Assembly: GCA_964016885.1 (NCBI GenBank)
Contig: OZ024758.1
Span: 2,976,001 to 3,040,000, forward strand
DNA: 64,000 nt
DNA from: Eledone cirrhosa
Lineage: Eukaryota
Direction of reading: 5' to 3'
A program made the translations under genes and the position numbers. Below are positions 14,101 to 28,789 of the stretch, one piece after another; position 1 is the first letter of the stretch; every line of letters begins with the position of its first letter. The notes under the pieces are model-generated. The model did no database searches and was not told the DNA's origin. It was given only the letters and a program-made list of their open reading frames with translations.

Positions 14101-15130
14101 TCAAGATATCTCAGAAATTGTAACTAACTTGTTTCTCAAATAAACAAATCCACAGACTAAGATATGTCACAGAAAAGAAGAAAATATTAACAGCTGCAAT
14201 TTTCTTTTATTTGTGAAGCAATCATGAATCAGTCTGAAAATACTCTTCTTTATAAAGAAATCTTTCATATTTTAACATGCAACTGAAAATATTTGACAGA
14301 CAGAATTAGTCAGGCTGCCAAGGGCATAACATTCACAGGCTGAAACCTGCTTCAAAATCCCAAAACCACAAGCGAGGAACAAATAAGAAAAATAAATATG
14401 ACATTTATTTTAGAAAGTTTTTATATGTTCACAGTCTTGAAACTGCTCTCCAAAGGAGAAACCTGCATATGCTGGTAACGGCTTCTCTAAAGACAGACAT
14501 TGTACAACGGAAACTTCTTTCTCACAATGAGAAGTGGACACAGGCATCCCATGAGAGAAGTTTGATGCAAATATAAAACTGTTTAATAAAGAATATAATT
14601 TTATGGACTGAAACATGTTTGGTAACTGAAAATATCTCCTCGAACAGAAACCATTTTATGTGGCTTATCAAAGGAATATATGCCACCACCTGAAATCTAC
14701 GGCCATAAAGAACTGTAATATTCCTCTCCATACAAAATATCTTCCGCAAGTCTAAACTTTAAGCATGATAAAGTCTACTTCTCAAAAGGACGGTTACATT
14801 CATGTTACAAGGTGGAGACAGTTTCTCAAATGAAATACTTTTCTCTTGCACCCTTTTAAAAAACGAGGAAAACTTTACTGGCTGTAACCTGTTTCACAAA
14901 CAAATGAAAATAAATAAATCAATATTAGATGGCCACAACAGGCTTCTCAAAGAAATGACTTCTCATTGTCTTGAGGTTGCCTCTCAAATGGAAATGATTT
15001 TTACATTCTAAAGCCAAATCACAAACGTAAAAGACTTTACAGTCTGAAATCTTCTCACAGGAAATATTGTTATAGTTTGGAAGAATCTTCTAGAACTAAA
15101 AAAAGTTTCAAAGTTTGAAACCTTCTTTAA
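11110..15130 (+). repeat. Highly degenerate ~37-39-bp tandem array (approximate consensus AAAGGAAAATATTTTCACAGGCTGAAACCTGCTTCTC)
   Basis: Variants of TTTTCACAGGCTGAAACCTGCTTCTCAAA recur at ~38-nt spacing, e.g. near 11774, 11900, 12200, 12276, 12389, 13860, 14012, 14331 and 14872. Interrupted at ~12790-13070. Boundaries approximate. Confidence 0.75.
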
Positions 15131-17099
15131 AACATGAAGAGATTGAATTGAATCTCCCTCATATCATAACGTACTGCCATCGGAGAATTTATTTGAAGAC
15201 ACTCACTGTGTAAGTGTGCTCCTAAATGGTTTCAACTCGACCACAATGTCGCTCCTTCGTTAGTGAATTCAGGCTAAGCTAATACTACAATATTAACTAC
15301 AACAACCGCTATTACATGGCTTGAGAGATAGTATATCCGGGTAATAACACATTTAAATTGTAAATTAATGTTGAAAGTAACCCTATGCAGAATACAAGGC
15401 ACTATATTCAAATACTTCAATTGATTTCTTTGTTGAAAATTTTAGCAGAAAATAATTGTATTATGTTTTTCAAGTATGCGCTTGGAAAATGTTCAAAAGA
15501 ATATTGCTATGAAAGGAATAAATTGAACAGGATGCATATTTCCAGGAAAAGGACAACCGAAAACAAATACTTCCAACGAACGATAACCCTCGAATTCAGA
15601 TGTGGTATGTTAAAAATGAAAAATTGACGACTTGTATCCAATTTAGATATCTTCCAATAAATATAGATTAAAAAAAAAGAAATATTTATGTTTAAGAATA
15701 CAACAACTATAAAACATGACTTAAATAAAAACAATGAATTTTATTTTTAATCTGCAGCTGTGAAACTTAAGTTGATAGTTTCGTATTTGAAAATGTATTA
15801 TGATGACTGATACTTCACAAAACATTAACAATTCGATATTAAAAGTTTACTATTTTTATCGAATTAGATGTTTTATTCAAAAAAAATCTATATATTTATA
15901 TATTACCATTTGAAAGACCCCAAAATTGCTATTCTGGAAACATAGATGTAAATCAGAGAAATATACACATACCCGAGTTCTTGGAAAATACAATATTTTA
16001 TATAGTTATTTGGTCCTATTTCCAAAGAAAAAAAAATTGGTTATATTTTCCTTGTGAGCAGAAGTTGTTAAACTAAGTTTGCATTCTTTACTCTATTTCT
16101 CTATTACTTGTTCCAGCAAACATGCTGGATCCATGCTGGGGCACCACCATTTATGAGGGTAGTTTCATAAGACACCCCTCCTCTAATTCCAATCGAGGAT
16201 ATTTACCTTTGCAAGAATTTAAATTTAGATCAGGTATCTAGGTAACCGTATATGTTTCAAGTAACATAAAATCCATACAAACATAGTTTATTGGAACTTT
16301 CCAGTAGAATAGTAATGCATTCCGTTCCAATATTGAATCGTATTTGCACCGTAATCTATAATTGAATATATAATGCTTATCTAATACACAGTTTGAATTT
16401 TAGATGGAGAAATAATTAATTCCTAGTAAGAGGGGAAGCAACATTTGCTTAAGCTAAATGTCGGTGGCCCTTTGAATGATATGCATGTTTCTCAAAGTGA
16501 ATATATCTAACAAATTTGTAAATAAGCTTTAGTTGTGTGCTATAAAACGTCCATTTACAACGCTCTAATTCAAGATGAAAGAAATAATATTATTTGATGT
16601 AAAGGAAATTGAATTCGCCGACATTATATGAGTATGAATTACGTAATTTTAAAGCGCAAAACAACTTGTCAAGAAAGTTAAGGTGATGGAAATATGTGTG
16701 TTATCATTTTTGTACATCCTGGCAAAGTTATATAAGATGTATGTAGAGGATACCATATATTCTTGACAGTGATAAATTACTGCAAAGATAGGTCTCACTT
16801 TATAGAACAGTTTGTTTTTAGAGCAGCCATATGAAATAAATTATTGAATGGAACAAATTATTGGTTAATCATACCCTATTACTCTGTTGCCTGTCCCAGC
16901 CGATATATTAAGGCCATGCTGGAGCACTGACATTCATGTTGTTTATTTTTTGAAACTATTTTTCCTGTTCTCGTTCTCATTTATTGGAATTGAGTCATGC
17001 TGGAGTAATAATTTCAACAAATATAATCGTTTATATCAGCCGAAAAAAGTGTATGTTACATACTTCGTTCATATTGGATGTAAAAGAGCAAATATTATC

Positions 17100-17206
17100 A
17101 GGAGACACAGTGTCTACGTCATCGATACGCTTGTAAGGCGTCACAGAATCTTCATTATCAATATGCTTCTAAGGCGACACAGAATATACGTAATCGATAC
17201 GCTTCA
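17100..17206 (+). repeat. Three diverged 36-bp tandem units
   Basis: aggagacacagtgtctacgtcatcgatacgcttgta / aggcgtcacagaatcttcattatcaatatgcttcta / aggcgacacagaatatacgtaatcgatacgcttca. Confidence 0.8.
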
Positions 17207-17361
17207 CTTAAGCTACTAGAAACTGTTGGAGTGAATTTTGGACATGATGCCGAGTGAAAACGAAATCCCATCATCTTTTAGAAGAAACTTACGTGATTCA
17301 ATGTCCATCCAACACAATTAATGCCCTTTGATGGAAGTTTGCCTATATAGAAATATAATAT

Positions 17362-17501
17362 AATGGTTTCTTATTTTGGCACAAGGCCAGCAATTTTGGG
17401 TGAGGGGAAAGTCGATTAATTCGACCCCAGTGCGTGAATGGTACTTTATCTTATCGGCCCCGTAAGGATGAAAGGCAAAGTTAACCTTGGCGGGATTTGA
17501 A
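17362..17501 (-). mobile_element. SINE family A, long variant, 5'-truncated
   Basis: ggcacaaggccagcaattttggg..gtcgattaattcgacccc..aaggatgaaaggcaaag. Confidence 0.85.
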
Positions 17502-18743
17502 GGTTCCTCAGGTTAGTTTTGGAGCTAATTGAAACGTATTTATAAAATGACTATATGAGAACACACACACCTATTCAAGAAAACAAACTTATAAATGCTA
17601 CCTAATTTGCAAAGATACATGGGATTCAAACAATAAAATTGATTACAAAACCTCTTGGTCAATTGTCTGATCGACCAGATCTTATCTGATGCATAGACGT
17701 GAAGGGGTTGAGGCTGTATCAAGTGTTGAGGCTGTATCACGTATAAGAAATAGTTCATGTTGTAATGACCGTTAGGTCGATTAATATTAGGAGGATGGCT
17801 TTAACATTAATGTTACATTTATCTAATTTTATAGCTTGAAATATTAGAAACATGATTTGCATCAACCATTGAAAGATTCTAAAGAAACAAAGTATAATGT
17901 TGATTGTATTATTATTGTATTATTAAGAGTGAAAGGCAACCTTAGCCTGGCAGCATTTGGTTTTGGAAACAAAAAGGGAGAATGGTAATGTAACATATAA
18001 AGTCACGCTAATCTCCCTAACACTAGTTCTGTTAAAAGTTCACTAGACATTTTTCTTTCTTTGCCTTCTAATCATCGAACCTTTTTGATTTATGTATTCA
18101 ATAAACATCTTCATCAGTCACGTGACTGATAATATAATGATTGCCTGGGAGGCAACTGGAGAACCTTTATGCTAGCTGACAAAAATTCAATATTTGTACG
18201 CAAATCCCCAGAGCTCTGTATAATTCGTGTTATTTCACTAAAATGAGAAATTCGCATTGACTGTGTTATTTTGATCCTTAGTTAATGTACTATGCATTGC
18301 CACTTAAACTTTTCTTAGTTTCAGTTGAGATATTGTACGTAGGCTTAAAGCTACAGCAGTAATGGAATATTCTGGTAATGACATGGATGTATATAATGGA
18401 GAATCTAGCAATACAAGTTTTCAATTCTTCTCACAGTTTCAATTAATTTACCACAATAATAGATTTTAACAAATCTTGACTACGTCAAGGCGACCCATTT
18501 CCTATTTGTTGGGAACCAGATTATTGCGCAGATTATATAACATAACAATAAATGAATATATCCTTGCCTGTAGCCGAGAAATCAACAAATTTATTCTACC
18601 CATTTTGTGTAGATGTCCATTTAAGGATATTTAATCACGCTACATCACTATAAACTTCGGAGATTGAAAGAAATTAAGCTAACAAACAAAACACACGCCC
18701 CCTGTTAGAAACTTTAATATTTACAATAACAAAACCATTATGA

Positions 18744-19040
18744 GTAGCTTCTGCTACAAACCCAGGTTCGTTGGCCCGCAATGCAAAGGAAAGAAAGACA
18801 AACAAACATCTGGGATTGTCCAGCTGCTTCCTCTTCGTACCGTTCACCAACAACACCGCAGGCGTACTTGAATCACGTACTGCTGAGCTTCTCTGTAAGA
18901 TCGGAATGTCAGCTGCCCGTTTAGGGAAGGAGCCCCGTGTGGAGGGATCGCTGTTGCAGCGGGTTCGCTGCCCATTGTCCGAGGAAATTCAGTTACGGTT
19001 TTCTCCGCGGGTGTGCAGCCAAAGCACTGCTGCGCCCTAG
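18744..19040 (+). mobile_element. 3' fragment of a CRE-like (restriction-like endonuclease) non-LTR retrotransposon, frameshifted
   Basis: ARNAKERKTNKH..FVPFTNNTAGVL..ELLCKIG..EPR..LLQR then, after a frameshift, IVRGNSVTV. Resembles the AE..K..KY..F.P.a.Et.G....QR.s....RGN tail of CRE-clade ORFs. Confidence 0.7.
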
Positions 19041-20236
19041 GTCTAGAGCCCATCACTTTCCCCATTCCTCATTCCACTCTGCTGTGACCATTCGCTTTCC
19101 CTTCATTTTACGTTTTTAAATGTGTGTCGTGTTGTTATTTGAAATAGATTTATTTATGATTAACACATTTGTTTTATTAATAAAATAGATATGTTCTAAA
19201 AATGATGTATTACATAAATAGTGTTTAGATAAATACCGTTTATTTATTAGGAAATATTGCGTAATTCTGTTATGAGTAGCTCATCAATATTCAATATTCA
19301 AATTATCTGTCGAAGAGAAGTGAACTAATGCCATCAAATGTATTTTCATTACGTATCTAAAACAAAGCGACACCTTTATCAATAATCAACTATGGAATGA
19401 AACGTCAATAATTGGCATTTAGCTAGAATAGTCATCAAGTGGTAATTATTCTATAAAGGGATACTAACATATTTCTGAATAGGAGTTCCTTTCTATGCTC
19501 CTTCGCTGTCTACCACTTAACATTTTAATTGAACATCATTACATTAATAGTTATTGCTCTAACTCTATATTTCATATTACTATGTCATTCACGTTAAACA
19601 TCGCAGGCTTACAATTAGGTTTCTGGCATTAATGAAACTAATTCTAATCTCTGACAAAATTCTATTATGTTTGATTGCATTATTAGACGTAATTCAAGAA
19701 AGAATTATTTAATCATTATATTAACCATATTTTTGTAAGGATACTTGATATTTTGTGAAGCAATTATAATTGAAATATTCCAAGCATCTAAAACGAGTGA
19801 ATATCAGGTGAGATTAAAGTGTTATAATGAATATTGCAAGGCAAGTCACGTGTCTAAATTTATAGGAGTTCAAATACAAAATAATGACAAATATATACAA
19901 AGGGTCAGATTATAAGATATATAAATACACATTCTGTTTCGAAAACTCTATCGATCCTTTATATCAATATGACTTTTTAATATTCCTTAAATTGACATGA
20001 ACTATTCAGAAATATGAAGACGGTGGAAGTCGACTCAGATACTAAATTCCGGTGGTAAAATCCTTATTTTGAAGAGCATTTAGGTACTTCTTCACAAATG
20101 AAGCACCAGATACAGAAATTTGTTTCATAGGTTCATAAGAACCTATATACATTCACAATTCTCTTCGTATTTCTGTCCTTCAAATTACTTTGAATCTATT
20201 GCTGCGTGGAAACACACACACACACACACACACACA

Positions 20237-20312
<76 letters not shown>

Positions 20313-20445
20313 TAAGAGAGTGAGGGGTACCATGGTCGGCTGTATACAAGAGGTTTTATTTACAGTATAAACAATTATTTCATTGGTCAGGTAAGTCTAA
20401 CGGACGCTGATCACTCGACCTTAAATACGTCTGATCAAATCATCG

Positions 20446-20495
<50 letters not shown>

Positions 20496-20685
20496 CAGTA
20501 TAAATGCGTTTTCTCTCCAGATCCAAAACCTGTATTTTGATAAGTTGGCTGGTATGAGCATAATTTAAAATCGATAAATTGCCGATAGCGATTTGTAGAC
20601 GCATCCAACCACATACTAGTCGAGGAAACATATGTTAAGACATGGAATAAACCCTACTGTATAGCTTATCCGTGTTATTCTCCCA

Positions 20686-20720
<35 letters not shown>

Positions 20721-21605
20721 GTAAACCAAAGTGAAAAGGTTTAGAGAAGAGTATATGCGTGAGGATGTCATAAATTAAATGCAAAGAGTATACAGAATAT
20801 ATATCTATAGACAACCTATGTTTGTTTTACTCAGTGTGACGGCTACAAATGTATTCTGGCATCCATGTTGTTCATCTCTTCCGAACAAACCTTCCTAATT
20901 TTAATGTGTTGCTGTGGAAAGACTCTCAGCTAAGAATTCTTGACTGTCTACCTAACGAATAACCTTACGTTTATAGACATTTCCTGATGAGTGGAATTCC
21001 CTTCGTATTAGTTATGGATTTCATGATTTTCTAAGGAGTTTTTTTTCTGTTGATGGATTACATACTGGCAGTACATTTTGCAATGATGTATAAACTCCAG
21101 ACCGATGACGCTCAAACATTCCTCAATTTACAACTCTACAACTTTAAATATATAATACACACGTTTATCATCTACACCAATATATTACATATATATTACA
21201 TAGATATTCAGAATTATAATGTGTTTGCTCATAGCTCCGTCTACGGGAGAAGTGTTAAAAAAGTGATGAAAATCAGCAATAAAAAAAATCAACAATGATA
21301 ACTATTCCTGTGTCAAACGAGAACAGCGAAAATATTGCAGCATAGAATTCAACAAAGGTTAGAATCACGTCTATAGAAGACAGTATATAGTAATGTAAAT
21401 AGAAGGAAAATCTTTAATTATTGACATTAGTGCCGCCTCAATGAAATTGTGTTTATACAAGAAATGTGTGTTTGCTCATAAAACAGTTCAGTCTTTGCAT
21501 CTATAGGTGCGGAATTTTATATGAATGATCAATCTGTGATATATTTTTTTATATTTATATTGTTGCTGTCACAGCTGTTGTTGCCGTGTGTGTATAGGTG
21601 AGTGG

Positions 21606-21937
21606 GTGAGAGAGAGAGAGAAAAATAGTGTGAGAGAGAGAGGGGGAGAGAGAGAGAAGGAGAGAGAAGAGAGGAAGAGAGAGAACAGTGAGAGAAAGAG
21701 AAGAAAGGAGGTGAGAGAGAGAGAGAGCGAGAAGAGAGGGAGAACGAGGAGAGAGAGAGAGAGAGAGAGAGAACGGGAAGAGAGAGGGAGCGAGAAGAGA
21801 GAGAAAAACGGGAAGAGAGGGAGAGAGTGAGAAGAAAGAGAAGATAAAGAGAGAGGCAGAGAGAGACAACGAGAAGAGAGAGAGAGAGGCAGAGTGAGAC
21901 AACGAGAAGAGAGAGAGAGTGAGAGTGAGAGTGAGAA
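21606..21937. repeat. Degenerate (GA)n purine tract
   Basis: Direct inspection. Confidence 0.95.
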
Positions 21938-22129
21938 AGCATGTACATGAAAAAAAAAAGAATTAAAGCGTCAAAAAAGAAAAGGGAGGAAAATCAGAGA
22001 GATAAGGACAAAGAGTGTGAATCTAACGCAAATAAATCTGGAGCAGAAACGGAGATAAAACGAAATAGGAAAATATACACCGGGAACTAGTAAAGGAGGA
22101 AAGAGGTAAAGAAATATTGTTAATGCAGT

Positions 22130-22959
22130 ATAAATAAATATATATATATATATATATATATCTTATATATATATGATATATATCTACATATTTGTTTATA
22201 TATCTACACATATTTGTATATATATATATATATATATATATATAAGTGTTGAAGTTGCCGTTGAAAAAGTAAGAGGAATGAAGTATACATATTTGCATAT
22301 ATATATATATATATATATACATACATATTTGTATATATATATATACATATTTGTATATATATATATACATATTTGTATATATATATATACATATTTGTAT
22401 ATATATATATACATATTTGTATATATATATATACATATTTGTATATATATATATACATATTTGTATATATATATATATACATATTTGTATATATATATAT
22501 ATACGTATTTGTATATATATATATATACATATTTGTATATATATATATATACATATTTGTATATATATATATATATATACTTATTTGTATATATATATAT
22601 ATACATATTTGTTTATATATATATATATATACATATTTGTTTATATATATATATATATACATATTTGTTTATATATAAATATACATATTTGTATATATAT
22701 ATGTATATACATATTTGTATATATATAAATATATACCTATTTGTATATATATATATATATACATATTTGTATATATATATATATACATATTTGTATATAT
22801 ATATATATATTTGTGTATATATATATATATACATAATTGTGTATATATATATATATACATATTTGTATATATATATATATACATATTTGTATATATATAT
22901 ATACATATTTGTATATATATATATATATATACATATTTGTATATATATATATATATACA

Positions 22960-23000
<41 letters not shown>

Positions 23001-23030
23001 TTGTATATATATATATGTGAATATATATGT
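22130..23030. repeat. Higher-order microsatellite [(TA)n CATATTTG]m
   Basis: CATATTTG spacer recurs between variable TA runs. Confidence 0.95.
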
Positions 23031-23299
23031 GTAAATGAAGTAATTCCGTCGGAAAAGTCCAGGAAAAAAGATTGCTCTATGTAGGTAACAGAGCTAATTG
23101 TTATGTAATAAACAACATAAGGCAATTATTTCATTTACCAGTGGTTTCTTAAAAGCAAAAAAATGTTGCTTTCAATCATCAGAAGGAAAAAAATCCTGGT
23201 ATATTTATTGGCGTTGGATTTTAAAAACAAAAATATAATCTATACGAAAGTGAGGCTGGAAAAGGAAGAAGGAAAGGAAAAATAAAATCAAACATGCAA

Positions 23300-23328
23300 A
23301 CACACACACACACCCATATATATACATA

Positions 23329-23360
<32 letters not shown>

Positions 23361-23515
23361 CACACATACACACACACACACACACATATATGTGTACGTA
23401 TATCCATACACATACATATACACATACATACATACACACATAAATATCAACATATCCATACACATACACACAAATACACAAGCGTGCATACACACACACA
23501 CACTCATATACATGC

Positions 23516-23546
<31 letters not shown>

Positions 23547-23679
23547 AACATACATATACATACACACAGATACATATACATACACACACACATATATATA
23601 TTCATATATATATTCATATATATATATTTATATGCATATATTCATATATATACACATATATATATATATATACATATAT

Positions 23680-23710
<31 letters not shown>

Positions 23711-23865
23711 TACATACATCAATACATATACATATATATATATATACATACATCAATACATATACATATATATATATACATACATCAATACATATACATA
23801 TATATATATATACATACATCAATACATATATACATATATATATACATACATATATATATGCATAC

Positions 23866-23934
<69 letters not shown>

Positions 23935-23949
23935 CATACATACATATAC

Positions 23950-23986
<37 letters not shown>

Positions 23987-24302
23987 CATACATATACATA
24001 CATATACATATACATATATAAATACATATACATATACATATATACATACATATATACATACATATATACATACATATATACATACATATATATATACATA
24101 TATATATACATATATATATACATATATATATACATACATATATGTATACGTATATATATACATATATACATACATATATATATATACATACATATATATA
24201 TATATATATATACATACATATATATATACATATATACATACATATATATATATATTCATACATACATATATATATTCATACATACATATATATATATACA
24301 TA

Positions 24303-24375
<73 letters not shown>
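23300..24375. repeat. Compound (TA)n/(TACA)n tract
   Basis: Direct inspection. Confidence 0.95.
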
Positions 24376-24378
<3 letters not shown>

Positions 24379-24798
24379 ATGTGGGCGTGATGATGCTCTT
24401 GGTAAATAATATATGTAGGAGTACTTGGATTCTGAGAAAAACACGGAAAACTGAGGGGCGTTTTACTGAAGATTTAAATAACATTCCTTGCTAAAAGAGG
24501 CTTTCTTTTAACAATAAGAGATGTGTCCCATGAGATGAGAATTTAAAACAGAAGTACATCAAAGTGTGCGTGATAATAACGTCTTGCTATGTGTGTTGTT
24601 GAGATGTTTCTTTTGTCACTTCAGCACTAAACTGTAAACTGTTCAAGGTTAAATATAATCCTCACCTCCCACAATGTGTTCTTATACTGTCAAACATATT
24701 GTGATATCTCATTCATGTATTCACGCTTGTACACAGCCTCATATTACTTATTCAAACACATCACGTTGTCAGACTAACGAACAATTTGTGTGTTGTTC

Positions 24799-24829
<31 letters not shown>

Positions 24830-25045
24830 TCTCTCTCCCCTTGTGATATATACATGTGATTTTGTGTAACTCTTAGCAATTTCAAACAGACACCCCCCTA
24901 CAGCATGAAAACTTCCATTCATAGAAATATATGTGTATATACAGAAAAATATATGGAACTACTCACACACCTCTATATGTATGTATATGTGTACCTGCAT
25001 ACCTGTGTATATATATATATAGAGCTCTGCCGTCGGGATTAAACA

Positions 25046-25122
<77 letters not shown>

Positions 25123-26569
25123 GTGTATATATATACAGATGTGTGTGTGTGTGAGCATTGCTATGTATATATGTGTAGATATATATGAATGTGTGTTTGT
25201 GCAGACTTACGTATATATATATGTACAGATGTTTCTATGTGTGTGCATGTGTGTCTGTCATTATGTATGTATATGTGCGTAGTTGTTTATATATGTGTTG
25301 TAACTGAACGAATATGACCTTCACAGAACCCATCATGATTTACGTAAACGAACCATTTTCTTACAGATTGATCTGCAACTAATTAGATATTTGCTCGAGA
25401 TATGACTAATGTGTGAGTGAAATAAATGAACCTAAAACGATTAAGTATATTATGTAAGGCGGTTTAAATATCCAGAAGCGATTGATGTATTATTACCTCC
25501 CCTATTAAGTCCTCATTTGTCTAAATTATACTGTTTATTTTCCTGCGAGTGCTGCATTATCAATTAGAAATCATTTGGCTCTAAGACGACTCGTGTGAGA
25601 TAAACAGATGGAAAAATGACCCATTTAAAAAGACGATATGTGTATATTCAACTTTCGTTAACCTTCCGAGAGATCTCGATATTTCGGAGACTGTGCGCCC
25701 TTTCAGCTGAGGTAGAATAAGCTACATTTCCCCAAATATTTAATATCACATCAGACATGCTTGAGGGGATGGATATATAAATATATCTAACAAGAAATAT
25801 AACCAAGAAAGCCGTATTTGTGTGTATTCATACACGTTTCAATTTCAGACTCAAACACTGTACTATTGTAAAACCGAACCCGATGATCTAAACTTTCAAG
25901 TATAGCATGCAATGTTATAGTCTATTAACTGCAATATACCTTTATTCCATCGATTTTACACTTTAAATCTTTGTAGATTATAACTATTGTAGTTTACTTA
26001 ATTGTTCAAAGATTAATTTTGTGGTGAATCACTGTAAAGACATCACAAAATTCGTCGTGGATATTTGAAGTAATTTACTCCATTAGAAATAGGAAATATC
26101 CTTTGTTTAACCTATAAAACCCGCTTTTATTCAGAGATAACTATTTAAGAAGAGGGCAATAAAATTATTCCCTACGCACTTATACATTATATAATATGTC
26201 ATATACTTATTACTCAGACCATCAGCAGTATGTCTTTATATGCTTAATATCAGTCTAATATGATAATGCCTATAAAATAACCTATTAAAATGACAATGCC
26301 CTTCATCTAACGTATGAAAATGATTGAAATGATGTACCTTTAATATTATTCTTTTGTTAATTCATTATTTCGTTATATGAAATTGCTACTGTAATGGTGG
26401 TCAATCGTTCAGAAACAGAAGTATAGAGAATAATATTTTATCGCAGAAACTATGAAACTCATCTTGATTTATTGCAGCATTTTTTAAACATAAGTCGCAC
26501 TAGGAAATGTGTGACCTTTTGAACTAATATCTCATCATTACAATTCTTTATTAAAGCCTTTGTTTGCAG

Positions 26570-26629
26570 TTTCTTTCGATGCGAGACCTCGCCAGTGAAT
26601 TTCAGCACTTCGTCCAATTGTATTTCTAA
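26570..26629 (+). CDS. Putative terminal coding exon FLSMRDLASEFQHFVQLYF*
   Basis: Acceptor ctttgtttgcag, phase 0 compatible with the 5191-5292 exon, ends in TAA, locally GC/CpG-richer. Confidence 0.35.
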   Translation, partial: FLSMRDLASEFQHFVQLYF

Positions 26630-27739
26630 TGTCATCATTTTTTGTATTCATTAATATTTTCACGCATAAATAACTTTATATTCCTTTTTTCTCTCTCTTT
26701 CTCATCAATATTTCATTATTATAGTTATCCATACATGAAATGCGATAAAGAAAGTTTATCGATTATATATGATATATAAACCCAGTGTGTATATTGATAG
26801 TAACGATAGTTGTGTGTACAATTTCAGAGAGACGTCATCTCATTAAACAATAATGATGAGTTGGAGCCTGAAGGGCTCGGTTCACCTTTTCTTAAGCCTA
26901 TTATTTCGATTGTTATTGTCATTGAAAAGCGGAGGCGAAGAGAGAGGAAAACAAATAGAAAGAGAATATTTATCAGTCGTGAGTTACATAGAGAATATAT
27001 GAATGATAAACAGATAGGTAAAAGAAAAAAATGGAAAACATTGATTATAGAAGTAGAAAGCAAAATATCAAAATATAAAATGAAAGTTAAAATATGAGGT
27101 CAAAGAAATGGGGCATAATATAATGCCATGTTACTGCGTGTGAAAACAGCCGTAATACCTCAAGGCTTAGAGTATAATTATTTTAATTCTATAAAAGTGT
27201 ATAATACGTTAAGCTAGTATGGAGAAGAAAAGTATATGATACGTGATATATATTGTTGAATAAGGTCGCTCGAAGCTAGGTGAAAATTAAATTTCAAAAC
27301 AATTTATGTTAGTATAATATAACTAGTTTATATATTCATATATATATATATTTCATATATATATTCATCATATAATATTGCAGAATGTTAAATCTCAGAC
27401 AAAGATTTTCATAATTTTTTCTTTTTTAAATAAAAATAATGAAAGGAGACAATTATAGATTAAAATTTCACTCTATATTTAAATTTGAAATAGAAATATA
27501 TGTAATCAGAAAGACAACCAAGTATACATTTTAATACGAACTTGTTTTCTCACGTATATGATATATGGTGACATAAATTTACTGAAACGTTAGATATATT
27601 TCGAATTAAATTGTACAAGTAATTTGTTCCGAACTACAATCTTAGATCAAATATGTGTGCATAATTCAAAACATATACTGGGCGTGATTAGCTAAGATTC
27701 ATCGTACAATTTATTAACTAAACTACTTCTCTAACATAT

Positions 27740-27809
27740 AATTGTTTCTACTTTAGGCACAAGGCCAGCAATTACCCAGTGCATTATTGGTACTTTATTT
27801 TATCGACCC
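27740..27809 (-). mobile_element. SINE family A 3' fragment
   Basis: aattgtttctactttaggcacaaggccagcaattacccagtgc..ttatcgaccc. Confidence 0.8.
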
Positions 27810-28789
27810 AAGAATGCTACGTATAAATTATCGACATATAATGCTACGTATAAATTATACACATTGCTCTATTGTAGATCTACTTTCTACATACACTCAC
27901 ATGGCTACACAACAACAGATAGACACACATGTACGAGAGATGTAATAGGAATTGTTGTTAGGTGGCATTTGATCTCAAGAAGTAGCGAAGACTAACACAT
28001 TTGGTGAACAATTAGATCATATATGTTACTTGTCCGTAAAACTGAAAAATTAGTAAATATATAAGTAATATTACATTCTATAATAAAAGGCAAGTATTCG
28101 CTAATTAGGCTTTAGATTTAGAAGAAATAAGAAAAGCATATTTAACTTTGTAAATAATTTGAAATAATTTTAAAGAAATTGACTGAGGTTTAACACTTAA
28201 TCTCTCTTTATATATATCTCCCTTTATATATATATATATATGTATTTATTGGCATGAAATTAAAATATAACTTGTTGAATCCTTGAAGGTTACTTTCATT
28301 TAAACATGCAAATATATAACGTACATGACAATTCTTTCTCTAATGTGCACATACACAGATAATTAATCTTAATAATCTAGCATGCACATACACAGATAAT
28401 TAATGTTAATCCTTTTGAAAAGACATATTTCATGAAATCCATATTCATAAACATATGCATGTGATATGTAGTGATAAACATCTGTTGATAGTGTGATTAG
28501 TATTGTAATTCCTTCAAGAATACAAATACATATATTTAGTAAAATAACAGTTGTTAAGCGAGATGCAATTATGCGCGAAAAGAAAGATTTAAAATAAATA
28601 GAAATTAGGAAATCGCATTGTGACATATTTGAAATATGATTTAGACATGTCCCAAAGTCTGTCTTAAACCAGAAGCCTCGCCAGGCTCGTGCTTATCATA
28701 GTTTCATGGCTGGCGTTCAGTAACTGAGAGTTCCAGACTCCCCCCGCCCCTGGACAGGTCGCCAGTCCATCGCAGAGTTAAAGTGTGGC

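Noticed and set aside
20984-21030. CTGATGA-GTGGAATTCC..GGATTTCAT hammerhead candidate
   Set aside because: GAAA is replaced by GATT and there is no stem I or III; at most a fossil.
22023-24494. Long Tyr/Ile-rich ORFs (also at 1.8-2.7, 34-35, 40.5 and 54-55 kb)
   Set aside because: Translations of (TA)n/(CA)n microsatellites, open in several frames on both strands.
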